Of a stretch of 64,000 nt of DNA, positions 36,435 through 48,285 are shown one piece after another. Location of the stretch: NCBI GenBank assembly GCA_051313645.2, contig JBNRSN020000002.1, forward strand, positions 319,734,001-319,798,000, in the 5' to 3' direction. Every line of letters starts with the position of its first letter. Position 1 is the stretch's first letter. The position numbers and the translations under genes are program-made. Under the pieces are notes generated by a model, which saw only the letters and a program-made list of their open reading frames with translations, ran no database searches and was not told the origin of the DNA. The stretch is from Centroscyllium fabricii (Eukaryota).

Positions 36435-38423
36435 CTAAGGGTGCTTAAGTTTTCTTTTCCGAATGCTCCTACGTGGTGGTGGCCCTGTGGTGTCAGCAGA
36501 TGTGGAGGCCCCCTGCTGAGTGCCCTGCTGCTCCTGTCTGGACACCTTTGGCGGTCGTCCTCTGGGGCAGCGAGCCTGTGGGGGCTCGCCACCAGTCTGC
36601 TGCTCCTGCGGCTGGGCAGGGTATGAGACTCCCATCTCAGGTGGATGGGGACTCTGGCGGGCCTCTGACCGAGGGCTCTGCAGTGGTGTGGACGTGGGAG
36701 CACTTGGAGAGGAGCCCCCACTTCCTTCAGCTGTACCACCAACCTCCCTCTAATGGGTCACCTCCCCCTCAGCGCCAGCAAGTGGCTGGACAGCACCTTG
36801 CTGCACTTCAGGGGGGCTATGGGGACCCGTATCTGCAGTGGAAGTCCTACTGAGAGGTACTTCCACAAAGGTCTGGTTCCTCTGCTCAATAGATGCCACT
36901 CACTCCTCAAGAGATGTTACTCTATTGTGAACACTCCCCATGTCTTCGAAAGACTGGCGACTTATGTGCTCGATGGCCGTTGCCATCCTCTCGTCTACGG
37001 TCGCTATCCTTTCCATGGAGGTTGCCATCCTTGCCATGGTGATGCGATCATGCGCCACTGACTCTGCAAAGGAGCTTCTCATGCTTGCGACAGACTCCTC
37101 CATTCGCATGACACTCGCAGCTACCTGGGAGACAAAACCTGTCAGAGACGCCTGCATCTGTGTCTGGAGTCCCATCATCTGTCCTCTGCCTGATGGATCC
37201 AGAGGCACTGGGTCGACATGCAGCTCAGCTAAGCTGGCAGAGTCCTGCCCCCTCCGACTACGACTCTGCAATGCTGTCCCTCTCTACACAATCTGCTGAG
37301 GCTCACTTGTGTTGCCTGAATTACTTGGTAACAAGTCAGATGTAGCTCTAGGGGGGCCCACCGAGGTGCTAGTCTCTGCGCTGGTGCCGGGTGGTGTCTG
37401 TGCTGCTGACGGTGCGCCCTCAGAGGTGGTAGGTTCCTCTGAGGACAGAACAGGGGCGGCCTCGTCGTCACCAGTGCTTGGGTGTCCGTCTGCGGCTGGG
37501 CCTGTGGGGCAGTAAAGGAAGAGGTTAGAGATATGTCTGCAAGGTTACATAGAGATAGCATTCAGGAGCTGAGCAGAGGTGCATCTGCAGTGCTTTTACA
37601 TTCATTGTGCCAGTCTCATGTGTTAGCTGTTCGAGAAAAAATGAAACCATGCTGTCACCAGCTTGAGATTGCATGCCTGCCTCGCTGTCACCCACTCTCG
37701 GGGCTTACCCCTCCCCAACGAGCTCCAGAACTGCCTCCTCCCAGGTGGTGAGCTGCTGGATGGCGGGGGGTCCTCTTCCGGTCCCGGCTCTGTGCCGCTT
37801 GTTAGCGGTTGTCTTTTCCTGCAATGAGTGAGAGAAGTGGAGGTTGAGTGAGAAGGAAGGAGTTGGTGCAGCAAGTGAGCAGCAAAGTTAGTTGGAGGGT
37901 GAGAAAGATGCAGTAAGCCTGCAAGACCAAAGGCTCTCCATGTGCCAGATGTGCTGCAAGCATGAGAGTGAGAGGGATATGTGTGAGGGCTGAGTGGAGG
38001 GAAAGGACCGTGATTGTGAGCATAGAGAGAGAGGGAATGGGTAAGGTTGTGTGGATGTGATGGGGAAGTGGGATGTGGAGGAAGGGAGTGGTGAAGATAA
38101 GTTGTGGTGAGGAGAGGTGAGGGGGATGAGATTGAGGGTGAGGGGAAATGAATACTTACTTTTGCAGTGCGGTGAAGGTCATGCAATCTCTTGCGACACT
38201 GGAGCCAGGACCGGGGTGTTGTGCCCAAGGAGCTGACCCCCTCAGCCACCCGCAGCCAAGCAGCCTTGGTCTGGGAGGGAGGTCTCTTTCTCCCTGAGGA
38301 GGGGAAGAGAACCTCCCTATGGTTCGTTGCCCCCTCGACTAATGCGTCGAGGGAGGCTTCATCAAATTTGGGGGCGGGTCGTCCCCTCCCGCTGCCCGAT
38401 GCAGCACCCTCATGCTCTGCCAT
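36435..38423 (-). pseudogene. Harbinger ORF2: three-exon MADF/Myb-SANT-like DNA-binding protein gene (degraded)
   Basis: Exon 1 38423-38160 (RPAPKF...L...REVLF..W..VA..V.....RSW.QCRKR..DL|GTAAGT); exon 2 from 37818 (ttgcAG|EKT..NKR...TG.GP...LT.WEE..L); exon 3 from ~37501 with coiled-coil MERIATVDERMATAIE. Confidence 0.8.
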
Positions 38424-38918
38424 CCTACTGAAGGCTTGTAGAATGCTGAGCAGTGCGGGAGGCGAGCTGTGTTCATTAAAAGAAAGCCGAATCTGATGTC
38501 ATATTCTGCGATTTTCTGACTGGAAATCGGTGATTGAGAAGGCTTCCCACAGGCGGGGAATTAATTGGGTACTTAGACTAAAATCTCGTGGGAAATGCAG
38601 GCACTTTATCGGGCGGGGCAAAAACCCGCCCCGACCAATCCCCGGCAGTTCCCTGCCATTCTGGAAAAATTCCGGCCATGGGTTCTAAAAGAGGTGACTG
38701 CAGAGATAGTGGATGCATTGGTTGTGATCTTCCAAAATTCACTAGATTCTAGAACGGTCCCAGTGGCTTGGAAGGTTGCAAGCATAGCCCTACTATTCTA
38801 GAAAGGAGGGAGAGATTAAACAGCGAGCTACAGGCCAATTAGCCTGACATTAGTTGTTGGAAAAATGCTGGAATCCATTATTACGGAAGTGGTAACAAAA
38901 TACTTAGAAAATCAAAAT

Positions 38919-39683
38919 GGGCCAGAAATTGCAGTCTGCCCATATCGGGTTTAAGCTCTGAAGCGAACGCACCAGAGCTTAAACCCGCAGGAAGCAGCCG
39001 GTTGCGCTGCTTCGGGTTTTCCTATGCCGGCCAGCGGGGGGGTTGGAGTTCCTGCGAGGTCTAGCGCAGATAGCAGCGAACTATGGGTGCGTCCAGACAT
39101 TCCGATTAAAAAAAAAAAGTTTTTCTATGGACCAAGACCAGGATATTCTACGCTGGGAAAAAGCAGTCGTAAGTAGCCGTTTTTATCTGTTAAGTGTGTA
39201 TTTTATTGATTTTAATTGTTGTTTTTTCAGGTTTTTAATTGTTGATAACTTTAAAGACAGGTAAGTATTTTTTTAGACCTGTTGGAAGTTGAAAAAAATT
39301 TCTGTAAATTTTCATTTTTTCTTTAAAATAGGTTATTTTTGTTAGTTGGGGTAATCTTAAAAAAACGTGGTGTTTGTAAAATTTTATTTTTGTGTTTAGA
39401 TGTCTTTTGGGCAATCTCTCCTTTCAGAACTTGCACAGATTTCTCAGTGGAAGTTTTGAACGGAGAATTGGTTCCACTGATTGGCTCCCTGCCAATCAGG
39501 TGGTCTCAAAAGCCATCTCGCACTAATTACGCCCTTCAGATGCCCATGAAACTCACACGGAGCTCTGACAGGCTGGGCTAACTGCAATTTCTGAGTGCAA
39601 AAAAGCAAACCTGAATATGGGCAGTTCAAGTGCGTTATGCAGGTACTGCACCCGCACAAAGGCTCCACTGCCATTTCTGGGCC
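38919..39683. mobile_element. Harbinger MITE (765 bp)
   Basis: TIRs GGGCCAGAAATTGCAG / CTGCCATTTCTGGGCC; TSD AAT (38916-18, 39684-86); CR1 frame resumes on both sides. Confidence 0.9.
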
Positions 39684-41194
39684 AATATGATTAGGCAGAA
39701 TCAACATGGTTTTTTGAAAGGAAAATCGTGTTTAACAAATTTATTAATGCTTTTTGAGAATGTAACTAGTAGGGTAGATAAAAGGGAACCAGACTACCTG
39801 AGCCTACATGATTTCCAAAAGGCATTCGATAATGTGCCACATAAAAGGTTTGCTAAGTAAGATTAGGGCTCATGGGGTTGGGGGTAATATATTAGCATTG
39901 ATAGAGGATTGGTTAACGGACAGAAAACAGAGAAGAGCGATAAACGGGTAATTTTCCAGTTAGTAGGTAGTAACTAGTGGGGTGCCACAAGGATCAGTGT
40001 TGGGGCCTCAGCTATTTACAATCTTTATCAATGACTTGGCTGAAGGGACCGAGTGCAATGTATCTAAGTTTGCTGGCATTACAAAGCTAGGTGGGAAAGT
40101 ATTCTGTGAGGAGAACACAAAGTGCCTGCAAAGGGATAAGTGAGTGGGTAAGTAGGTGGCAGATACAGTATAATGTGGGGAGATGTGAGGTTATTCACTT
40201 TGGTAGGAAGAATAGAAAAATGGAATATTTTTTAAATGGTAAGAAACTATTAAATGTTGGTGTTCAGAGAGATTTAGGTGTCCTTGTACAGGCAATACAG
40301 AAAGTTAGCATGCAGGTACAGCAAGCAATTAGCAAAGCAAATAGCATGTTGGCCTTTATTGCAAGGGGGTTGGAGTACAAGAGTAAGGAGGTCTTGCTAC
40401 AATTGTATAGGGCGTTGGTGAGACCACACCTGGAGTACTGTGCACAGTTCTGGTCTCCTTATCCTAGAAAGGATATACTTGCCTTGGAGGCGGTGCAACG
40501 AAGATTCGCTAGATTGATCCCTGGGATGAGAGGGTTGTCCTCTGAGGAAAGATTAAGTAGATTGAGCCTATACTCTCTGGCATTTAGAAGAATGAGAAGT
40601 GATCTCATTGGAACATATAAGATTCTGAGGGGGGTTGAAAGGGTAGATGGTGAGAAGTTGTTTCCTCTGGGTGAAGAGTCTAGAACTAGGGGGCATAGTC
40701 TCAGGATAAGGGGCTGGCCATTTAAGACTGAGATGAGGACAAATTTCTTCACTCAGAGGGTTGTGAATCTTTGGAATTCTTTACCCCAAAGGACTGTAGA
40801 TGCTGAATTGTTGAGTATATTTAAGGCTGAGATAGATAGATTTTTGGACTCTAGGGGAATCAAGGGATATGGAGATCAGGCGGGAAAGTGGAGTTGAGGT
40901 CAATGGTCAGCCATGATTTTATTGAATGGCGGAGCAGGCTTGAAGGGGCATATGGCCTACTCCTGCTTCTAATTCTTATGTTCTTATGCTAATAAACTAT
41001 TAACAGGTTTGCTACCTAGTCCTTTAATTATTTCATAGACCGCTATCAGGTCACCTCTAAATATACACTGCTCTAAAGTAAATAGACCGAGGTCCTTGAG
41101 CCTACCTGAGGTTCTTTAAGCTAGGAATCATTCTTGTAGCTCTCCTCTGGACCATTTCCAAGGCCACAATATCACCATAACTGGGCACAGTAGA

Positions 41195-41630
41195 ACAAGA
41201 AGACTTGCATTTATATAGCACCTTTCACAACCACCGGATGTCTCAAAGCACTTTACAGCCAAAGAAGTACTTTTTGAAGTGAAGTTACTATTGTAATGTG
41301 GGAAACGCGGCAGCCAATTTGCGCACAGCAAGGTCCCACAAACAGCAATGTGATAATGATCAGATAATCTGTTTTTCTTAGTTGAGGGATAAATATTGGC
41401 CAGGACACCGGGGATAACACCCCTGCTCTTCTTTGAAATAGTGCCCTGGGATCTTTTACGTCCACCTGAGAGAGCAGACAGGGCATCGGTTTAATGTCTC
41501 ATCCGAACGAAGACACCTCCAACAGTGCAGCACTCCCTCAGCACTGCACTGGAGTATCAGCTTAGCTTTACGTGTTCAAGTCCCTGACTCAGAGGTGAGA
41601 GTGCTACCAATTGAGCCACAGCTGACACTG
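41195..41630 (-). mobile_element. Deu-domain SINE (SacSINE1/AmnSINE-like) with L2-type tail
   Basis: Minus strand contains TTCGGATGAGACATTAAACCG..CTCAGGTGGACGTAAAAGATCCC..GGCACTATTT..GGTGTCCTGGCCAATATTTATCCC and ends GTGCTATATAAATGCAAG. Confidence 0.75.
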
Positions 41631-42307
41631 TAAATGCGATCTAGATACGGTCTGACCCGTGACCTATACAGTGTCAAAATGGTGTCCTTTGATTTAAACT
41701 GAAAGGTTCTATTAATACAACCCAATACTCTGTTAGCTTAAGCTACAGTTTCTCTGCATTGGTCATGAACCTTCAGTGATCTGTGCACAATAACACCAAG
41801 ATCATTTTTCTCTCGACCTCTTTCAGCATTGTTCCCTGCAAATGATACGTGTATTCTGTGCTGGCCCGACCAACATGCATGACACCGCATTTATCTAAAT
41901 TGAATGTGATTTGCCAATGTGTGGTCTACTCCCCTAGCACTTCTAAATCTTTTTGGATTTGATTGCAGTCCTCTACTGTCTTAACACTTGCACAGATTTT
42001 GGTGTCATCTGCAAACTTACTTACCATACTCCCAGCACCGTGCTCCAGGTCATTAATAAAGATCATGAAGAGTAGCAGGCATACAACCAATCCCTGGGGG
42101 ACACCATTACTAATACGTCTCCATGCTGACCCACATCCGTTAACTACAACATTTTGGCTGCGGGATTGGAGCCAATTCCTAATTCAACATTTCAAATTTC
42201 GAATGATTCCATCTTGTGAAATAACTTAATGTGAGATACCTTATCGAAAGCTTTCTGAAAGTCCATGCAGGCAATGTCTACTGGATTTCTTCATCTCACA
42301 TGGTTTT

Positions 42308-42437
42308 TTGGGTGGGATGAAGGGTGATAGTGGGAAGAAGGTTAGGGTAGGATCAGCCATGATCTTATTGAATGGCGGAGCGGGCTCGAGGGGCCGATTG
42401 GCCTACTCCTGCTCCTATTTCTTATGTTCTTATGTTC
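42308..42437 (+). mobile_element. Short CR1 3'-tail insertion
   Basis: GATCAGCCATGATCTTATTGAATGGCGGAGC..TCTTATGTTCTTATGTT. Confidence 0.85.
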
Positions 42438-43671
42438 CCTCATCCACTACCCAAGTGACTTCCTCAAAAATTCTCTATCAAATTTGTTAGGTTCGACCTA
42501 TTTTTTCAGAAGCCATGTTGTAAATTTCTAATGGCCCCTTCCCTTTCCCAGTGATGAGGAAGTGCATATCTTATGATCCCTTCTAGTATCTTCCCAATAA
42601 TGGATGCCAGGCTGATAGGCCTGTAGTTTTCTGGCACTGATTTGCCCCCTTTTATGAAAATAGGAACTACATGAGCTAGCTTCTAGTCTAAGTCAGTCCC
42701 TGACTCTACTGAACTATTGAAGATACAGGCTAGGGTCTCACAGAGCACCTTTCCCATCTCTTTAGCCTACCCCTTGGATGGGTATTATCCAGACCTGGAG
42801 CCCTATCAATTTTCAGCTTTCCTAATCTATCCAAAATAGCATTAGTATCTATTTTAATATTAATAATACTATTCAATACTGAGCACCCTCTCTTTTGGGA
42901 CATAAGCATCATCTACAGGTGTACAGATTGTGCCATAACCTGATAATCAGTTTGAATCTGCCCTACAGTACCCTTTAGTGACCCAATATGATCCTTAATG
43001 GTCTTTTGACTTCAGACAGCTAAAAAAGCTTTTACTATTACTGTCACAATTATGCACCATCTTTTTTTCCAGAGATCTCTTGGCTAATCTTATAGCTATT
43101 TTTGTCTTCCTTAATTGCATGTGATACTTTTCCCTGTTCTTATGTGAGTTAAATGCCTTACGTGTATAGAATGCCTTCTATTTCAATTGAATTTGTTTCT
43201 GTACATTCCTCATCAACCATAATGGTTTTATTTTGCCATGTGCCCTTCTTTTAACCATTCAGACATACATGACTTCATTCTATTTGAGAATGGTTGTAAA
43301 TAGTACCCATTTGTACTTGATTGCCTATCTAGCAGGGTTACCCTATAAACTTTTGCCAGATCTTCAGCCATTTTTGCAAAGTTAGCCCAAATCTGGGACC
43401 AGCATTACATTGGCCGCAGCCTTAGATTGGCCAATAAGATTAAACCTAATTATATTATGGCCAGACCTAGCCAGGTGTTCCACCACATGAAGCTTTTATA
43501 CAGCACTAGGATCACTGCTAAAAACCCAATCTAGAATTTGTTTATCCTTAGTTGCCTCACCAACATGCTGTGTAAGGAAACAATCATTGATGATGTGTAC
43601 AAAATTCCCAGCTACTCTCCCAACTACACTAGATGGTTCACCTTCGGGTCATTTAATACTAGGAAAGGTGA

Positions 43672-45190
43672 AGGAGAGAATTTTTTTGAGGGTCAGTGGG
43701 CATGTTTGGTGGCAGGTCGGGTGGTAAAACCATTTTTTTGACTGCGGGTCAGGGGCCCCGCTGTCAACCCGCCACCACATGCCTTTCCCAGATGTCAGGT
43801 CTGTCAGGGCTGAACAGATCCGATACGCAGCGGTGGGGGAGGCAATTCAGGTCATTGTGATCTTGTTAACAGCCCATTTAAAGGTATTTTGAGCTCATCT
43901 TACCATTTTACGTGATCGCCCATGGGATCCATGCTGCTTGGAGGTGGGGAGTTGTATCCCATCCCCCTGCCAAGTTAGTTTAACCCCCCCCCCCATCACC
44001 TTGGTCCTCAGAATCCCACCACAATCAGCCCCAACACCAGCAGCACCAGGCACACCAGCAGCACCAACAACAACACCAACCTTCTCTGCAATCAACTGAT
44101 GTTACACAGGACACAGGGCATCAACACCCAACCACATTGCTGCCATGACGCCAGGGATGGCCTCAACATGGCCAGATTTACTTCACTTGATGCTGTACAC
44201 CCTGGCTGCCACATGATGCGTCAGGGGGCAAGCACTTTGCTGGAAGTGTACTATAGGCCCCCAAACAGTCAGGGGGAGATAGAGGAACAGATATGTAGAC
44301 AAATCTGAGAGAAATAATAGGGTAATAAGAGTAGGCGATTTCAACTACAACAATATTAACTGGGATAGTCAGAGTGTGAAAGGCTTAAAGGGTGCAGAAT
44401 TCTTAAAATGCATCCAGGAGAGCTTTTTGATCATGGAAGCAGCTCTTTACTTGACACATGAAAATAATCTATAAAAGCTCCCATCTCATAGCTGTTCACT
44501 TTCCACGCTCAGAAGCTGTTGCTTACTGCATTTGGAAGACAGATTGAGCTTTATGCAGCTTGCAAGTGTTTGGAGTAAACTCTGTATCCAGTGTCACCTC
44601 ATTGGAACAACCTCTCTCACCATTTACAGATCACTTCTGTCATCTCAAGTTCACCTGCTATTTATTATATCAGAATCGGTGCTCTTGAAAAAATCTCACC
44701 TTGGTCCTCAGAATCCCACCACAATCAGCCCCAACACCAGCAGCACCAGGCACACCAGCAGCACCAGGCACACCAGCAGCACCAGGCACACCAGCAGCAC
44801 CAACAACAACACCAACCTTCTCTGCAATCAACTGATGTTGCACAGGACACAGGGCATCAACACCCAACCACATTGCTGCCCATGACGCCAGGGATGGCCT
44901 CAACATGGCCAGATTTACTTCACTTGATGCTGTACACCCTGGCTGCCACATGATGCGTCAGGTTGGCACCACCCCACACCAACACCATAAAGCATCCCTA
45001 CAGTGCCCAAGCCATTTCTTTCACACGCATTACCATTGTGGGAGGTACCATTATGTCTCACCATTCACTGCAACTCATTAAGCCACTCCCAAAGGTGAAC
45101 ACAGATCTGTCCAAGAACGCAAAGTGTTGAAAATAAAGGTTTCAATGTTTGACACAACATTAACAAAAACTTTACATGAGCACTGGATCA
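43672..45190 (+). mobile_element. Non-autonomous Harbinger element related to the 11551 family (with composite insert 43953-44430)
   Basis: Same order of blocks as 11551-12353 / 16210-16440, including the SPWSSE..QHQQHQ region with an 18-bp CACCAGCAGCACCAGGCA repeat. Confidence 0.75.
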
Positions 45191-48100
45191 CTGGGTCTGC
45201 TTCTGGGGAAGGTGGGACCTGTACAAGTCGGACAGGCTGCACCTGAACCGGAACAGGACCAACATTCTTGTGGGGAGGTTTGCTAATGCTGTGGTGGGGG
45301 GGGGGGGGGTTAAACTAACTTGGCAGGGGGATGGGATACAGAGTGGAGATATAGTAGGGGGTGATGCACAGCCAGATATAGAGGGAAAATCAAGTCAGTC
45401 TGGAAGGCAGAGCAAATATGTAACGGCACACGGAGTATGGCAAGGCTGGATGGCATTTATTTTAATGCAAGGAGTCTTGCGAGTAAGGCAGATTAATTGA
45501 AGGTGTTGATGAACACATGGGAGTATGATATTGTTGCTATCACAGAGACATGGTTGAGGGAGGGGCAGGACTGGCAGCTCAATATTCCGGAGTATAGATT
45601 CTTCAGGCGAGACAGAGGGGGGTGTATCGCAATATTAATCAAGGAGTCAATTACTGCAGTAAGGAGGGATGATATATTAACAGGTTCCTCTAATGAGGCC
45701 ATATGGGTAGAACTTAAAAACAAAAAGGGGGCAAGCACTTTGCTGGAAGTGTACTATAGGCCCCCAAACAGTCAGGGGGAGATAGAGGAACAGATATATA
45801 GACAAGTCTCAGAGAAATAATAGGGTAATAAGAGTGGGGGATTTCAACTACCCCAATATTAACTGGGATAGTCAGAGTGTGAAAGGCTTAGAGGGTGCAG
45901 AATTCTTAAAATGCATCCAGGAGAGCTTTTTGAGCCAGCATCTTGAAAGCCCTACAAGAGAGCGGGCGGTACTGGACCTAATTATAGGGAATGTAGCCGG
46001 GCAAGTGGTAGAAGTGTCAGTAGGAGAGCATTTTGGTGATAGTGATCATAATTTGGTGAGATTTAAGGTAGTCATGGAAAAGGACAAAGATGGACAGAAA
46101 TGAAGGTTCTAAATTGGGGGAAGGACGATTTTAATATGATAAGGCAGGATCTGGCCAAAGTGGACCGGGATAAGCTACTTGCAGGAAAATCCACATCAGA
46201 GCAGTGGGAGTAATTCCGAAAGGAAATAGAGAGAGTACAATGCCAACATGTTCCCGTAAAGGTCAAGGGTGGGACCAACAAGTCCAGGGAACCCTGGATG
46301 TCAAGGGATATACAAGAATGGAATAGGGAAAAAAGGGAAGCTTTTGGCAGATACAAAGGACTAAAAAGAATGGAAGCCCGAGAGGAGTATAGAAAGTGCA
46401 GGGGGCTACTTAAAAAAAGAAATTAGGAGAGTGAAGAGAGGGCATAAAAAAACACCGGCGGGCAAAATAAAGAAAAATCACAAGGTGTTTTGTAAGTATA
46501 TTAAGGGCAAGAGGATAACCAGGAAAAGAGTAGGGCACATTAGGGACCAAAGTGGCAATCTGTGTGCAGAGCCGGAAGATATAGGTGAGGTTTTAAATGA
46601 ATATTTTGCATCTGTGTTCACTATGGAGAAGGACGATGTAGGAATAGAAATCAGGCAGGGGGATTGTGATATACTTGAACAAATTTATATTGAAAGGGAG
46701 GAGGTACTAGCGGTTTTAGCAGGCTTAAAAGTGGATAAATCCCTAGGCCCAGATGAGATGTATCCCAGGCTGCTGTGTGAGGCAAAAGAGGAGATTGCAG
46801 GAGCTCTGACACAAATTTTCAGAACTTCTCTGGCCACAGGGGATGTGCCAGAGGACTGGAGGACAGCTAATGTAGCACCATTATTCAAGAAGGGTAGTAG
46901 GGATAAACCAGGGAATTACAGGCCAGTGAGCCTAACATCAGTGGTAGGGAAATTATTGGAAAAAATCCTGAGGGACAGAATTAGTCTCCACTTGGAGAAG
47001 CAAGGATTAATCAAGGGTAGCAGCATGACTTTGCCAGGGGGAGATCATGTCTAACCGATTTGATTGAATTTTTTGAGGGGGTGACGAGGTGTGTGGATGA
47101 GGGTAGTGCAGTTGATGTCGTCTACATGGACTTCAGTAAGGCTTTTGACAAAGTCCCGCATGGGAGACTAGTCAAGAAGGTAAGAGCCCATGGGATCCAG
47201 GGCAATTTGGCACATTGGTTCCAAAATTGGCTTAGTGGCAGAAGGCAGAGGGTGATGGTCAAAATTTGTTTTTGTGACTGGAAGCCTATGTCCAGTGGTG
47301 TACCGCAGGGATTGGTGCTGGGTCCCTTGCCGTTTGTAGTGTACATTAATGATTTAGATATGAATGTAGGAGGTATGATCAGTAAGTTCGCAGATGGCAC
47401 AAAAATTGGTGGGGTGGTAAATAGCGAGGAGGGAAGCCTCAGGCTACAGGACGATATAGACGGGTTGGTCAGATGGACAGAACAGTGGCAAATGGAATTT
47501 AACCCTGAAAAGTGTGAGAGGTTACATTTTGGGAGGACTAACAAGGCAAGGGAATATACAATGAATGGTAGGACCCTAGGAAAGACAGAGGATCAGAGGG
47601 ACTTTGGTGTGCATGCACATCGATTCCTGAAGGCAGCAGGACAGGTAGATAAGGTGGTTTAAAAGGCATATGGGATACTTGCCTTCATTAGATGAGGCAT
47701 AGAATATAAGAGCAGGGAGGTTATGATTGAGCTGTACAAAACGCTAGTTAGGCCACAGCTGGAATACTGTGTGCAGTTCTGATCGCCATACTATAGGAAG
47801 GATGTGATTGCATTGGAGAGGGTGCAGAGGAGATTCACCAGGATGTTACCTGGGCTGGAGTGCTTCAGCTATGAAGAGAGACTGGACAGGCTGGGATTGT
47901 TTTTCTTAGAGCAGAGAAGGTTGAGAGAGGACCTGATTGAGGTGTACAAAATTATAAGGGGCATAGATAGGGTAGATAGAAAGGAACATTTCCCCTTAGT
48001 AGAGGGGTCAATAACCAGGGGGCATAGTTTCAAGGTAAGGGGCAGGAGGTTTAAAGGGGATTTGAGGGAAACCTTTTTCACCCAGAGGGTGGTTGGAATC

Positions 48101-48285
48101 TGGAACTCACTGCCTGAAAGGGTGGTCGAGGCACAACATTCAAGAAGCATTTAAATGAGCCCTTGAAATGGAATAGCATACAAGGCTATGGACCAAGTTC
48201 TGGAAAATAGGATTCAAATAGACAAGGCTTGATGGCTGGTGTGGCCACGATGGGCCGAAGGGCCCCTTTCTGTGCTGTTTCTATG
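45191..48285 (+). mobile_element. CR1 LINE (different subfamily), end of ORF1 plus degraded ORF2
   Basis: ORFs 45497-45820, 45834-46103, 46431-47054, 47060-47662 and 47804-48154 with APE/RT motifs. Confidence 0.92.

Larger units (their letters stand above)
33218..38677. mobile_element. Autonomous-type PIF/Harbinger DNA transposon (~5.5 kb, two convergent genes)
   Basis: Inserted in CR1 at ..CTAG/GGTTCT; imperfect ends GGGGGATTTT / AAAATTCCGGCC; transposase on + strand, MADF gene on - strand. Confidence 0.9.
32641..40988 (+). mobile_element. 5'-truncated CR1 LINE containing a Harbinger transposon and a MITE
   Basis: CR1 ORF2 sequence resumes exactly across 33218-38677 and 38919-39683; ORF 40091-40897; tail TCTTATGTTCTTATG. 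Confidence 0.9.
32100..43620 (-). mobile_element. Old CR1-clade LINE split by nested insertions (pieces 32100-32640, 40989-41194, 41631-42307, 42438-43620)
   Basis: ORF 32427-32630 TRGH.FKL..FFSHRIV.LWN; KFADDTK at ~42010; RAPGLDNTHP at 42790. Pieces are colinear across the inserts. Confidence 0.75.
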
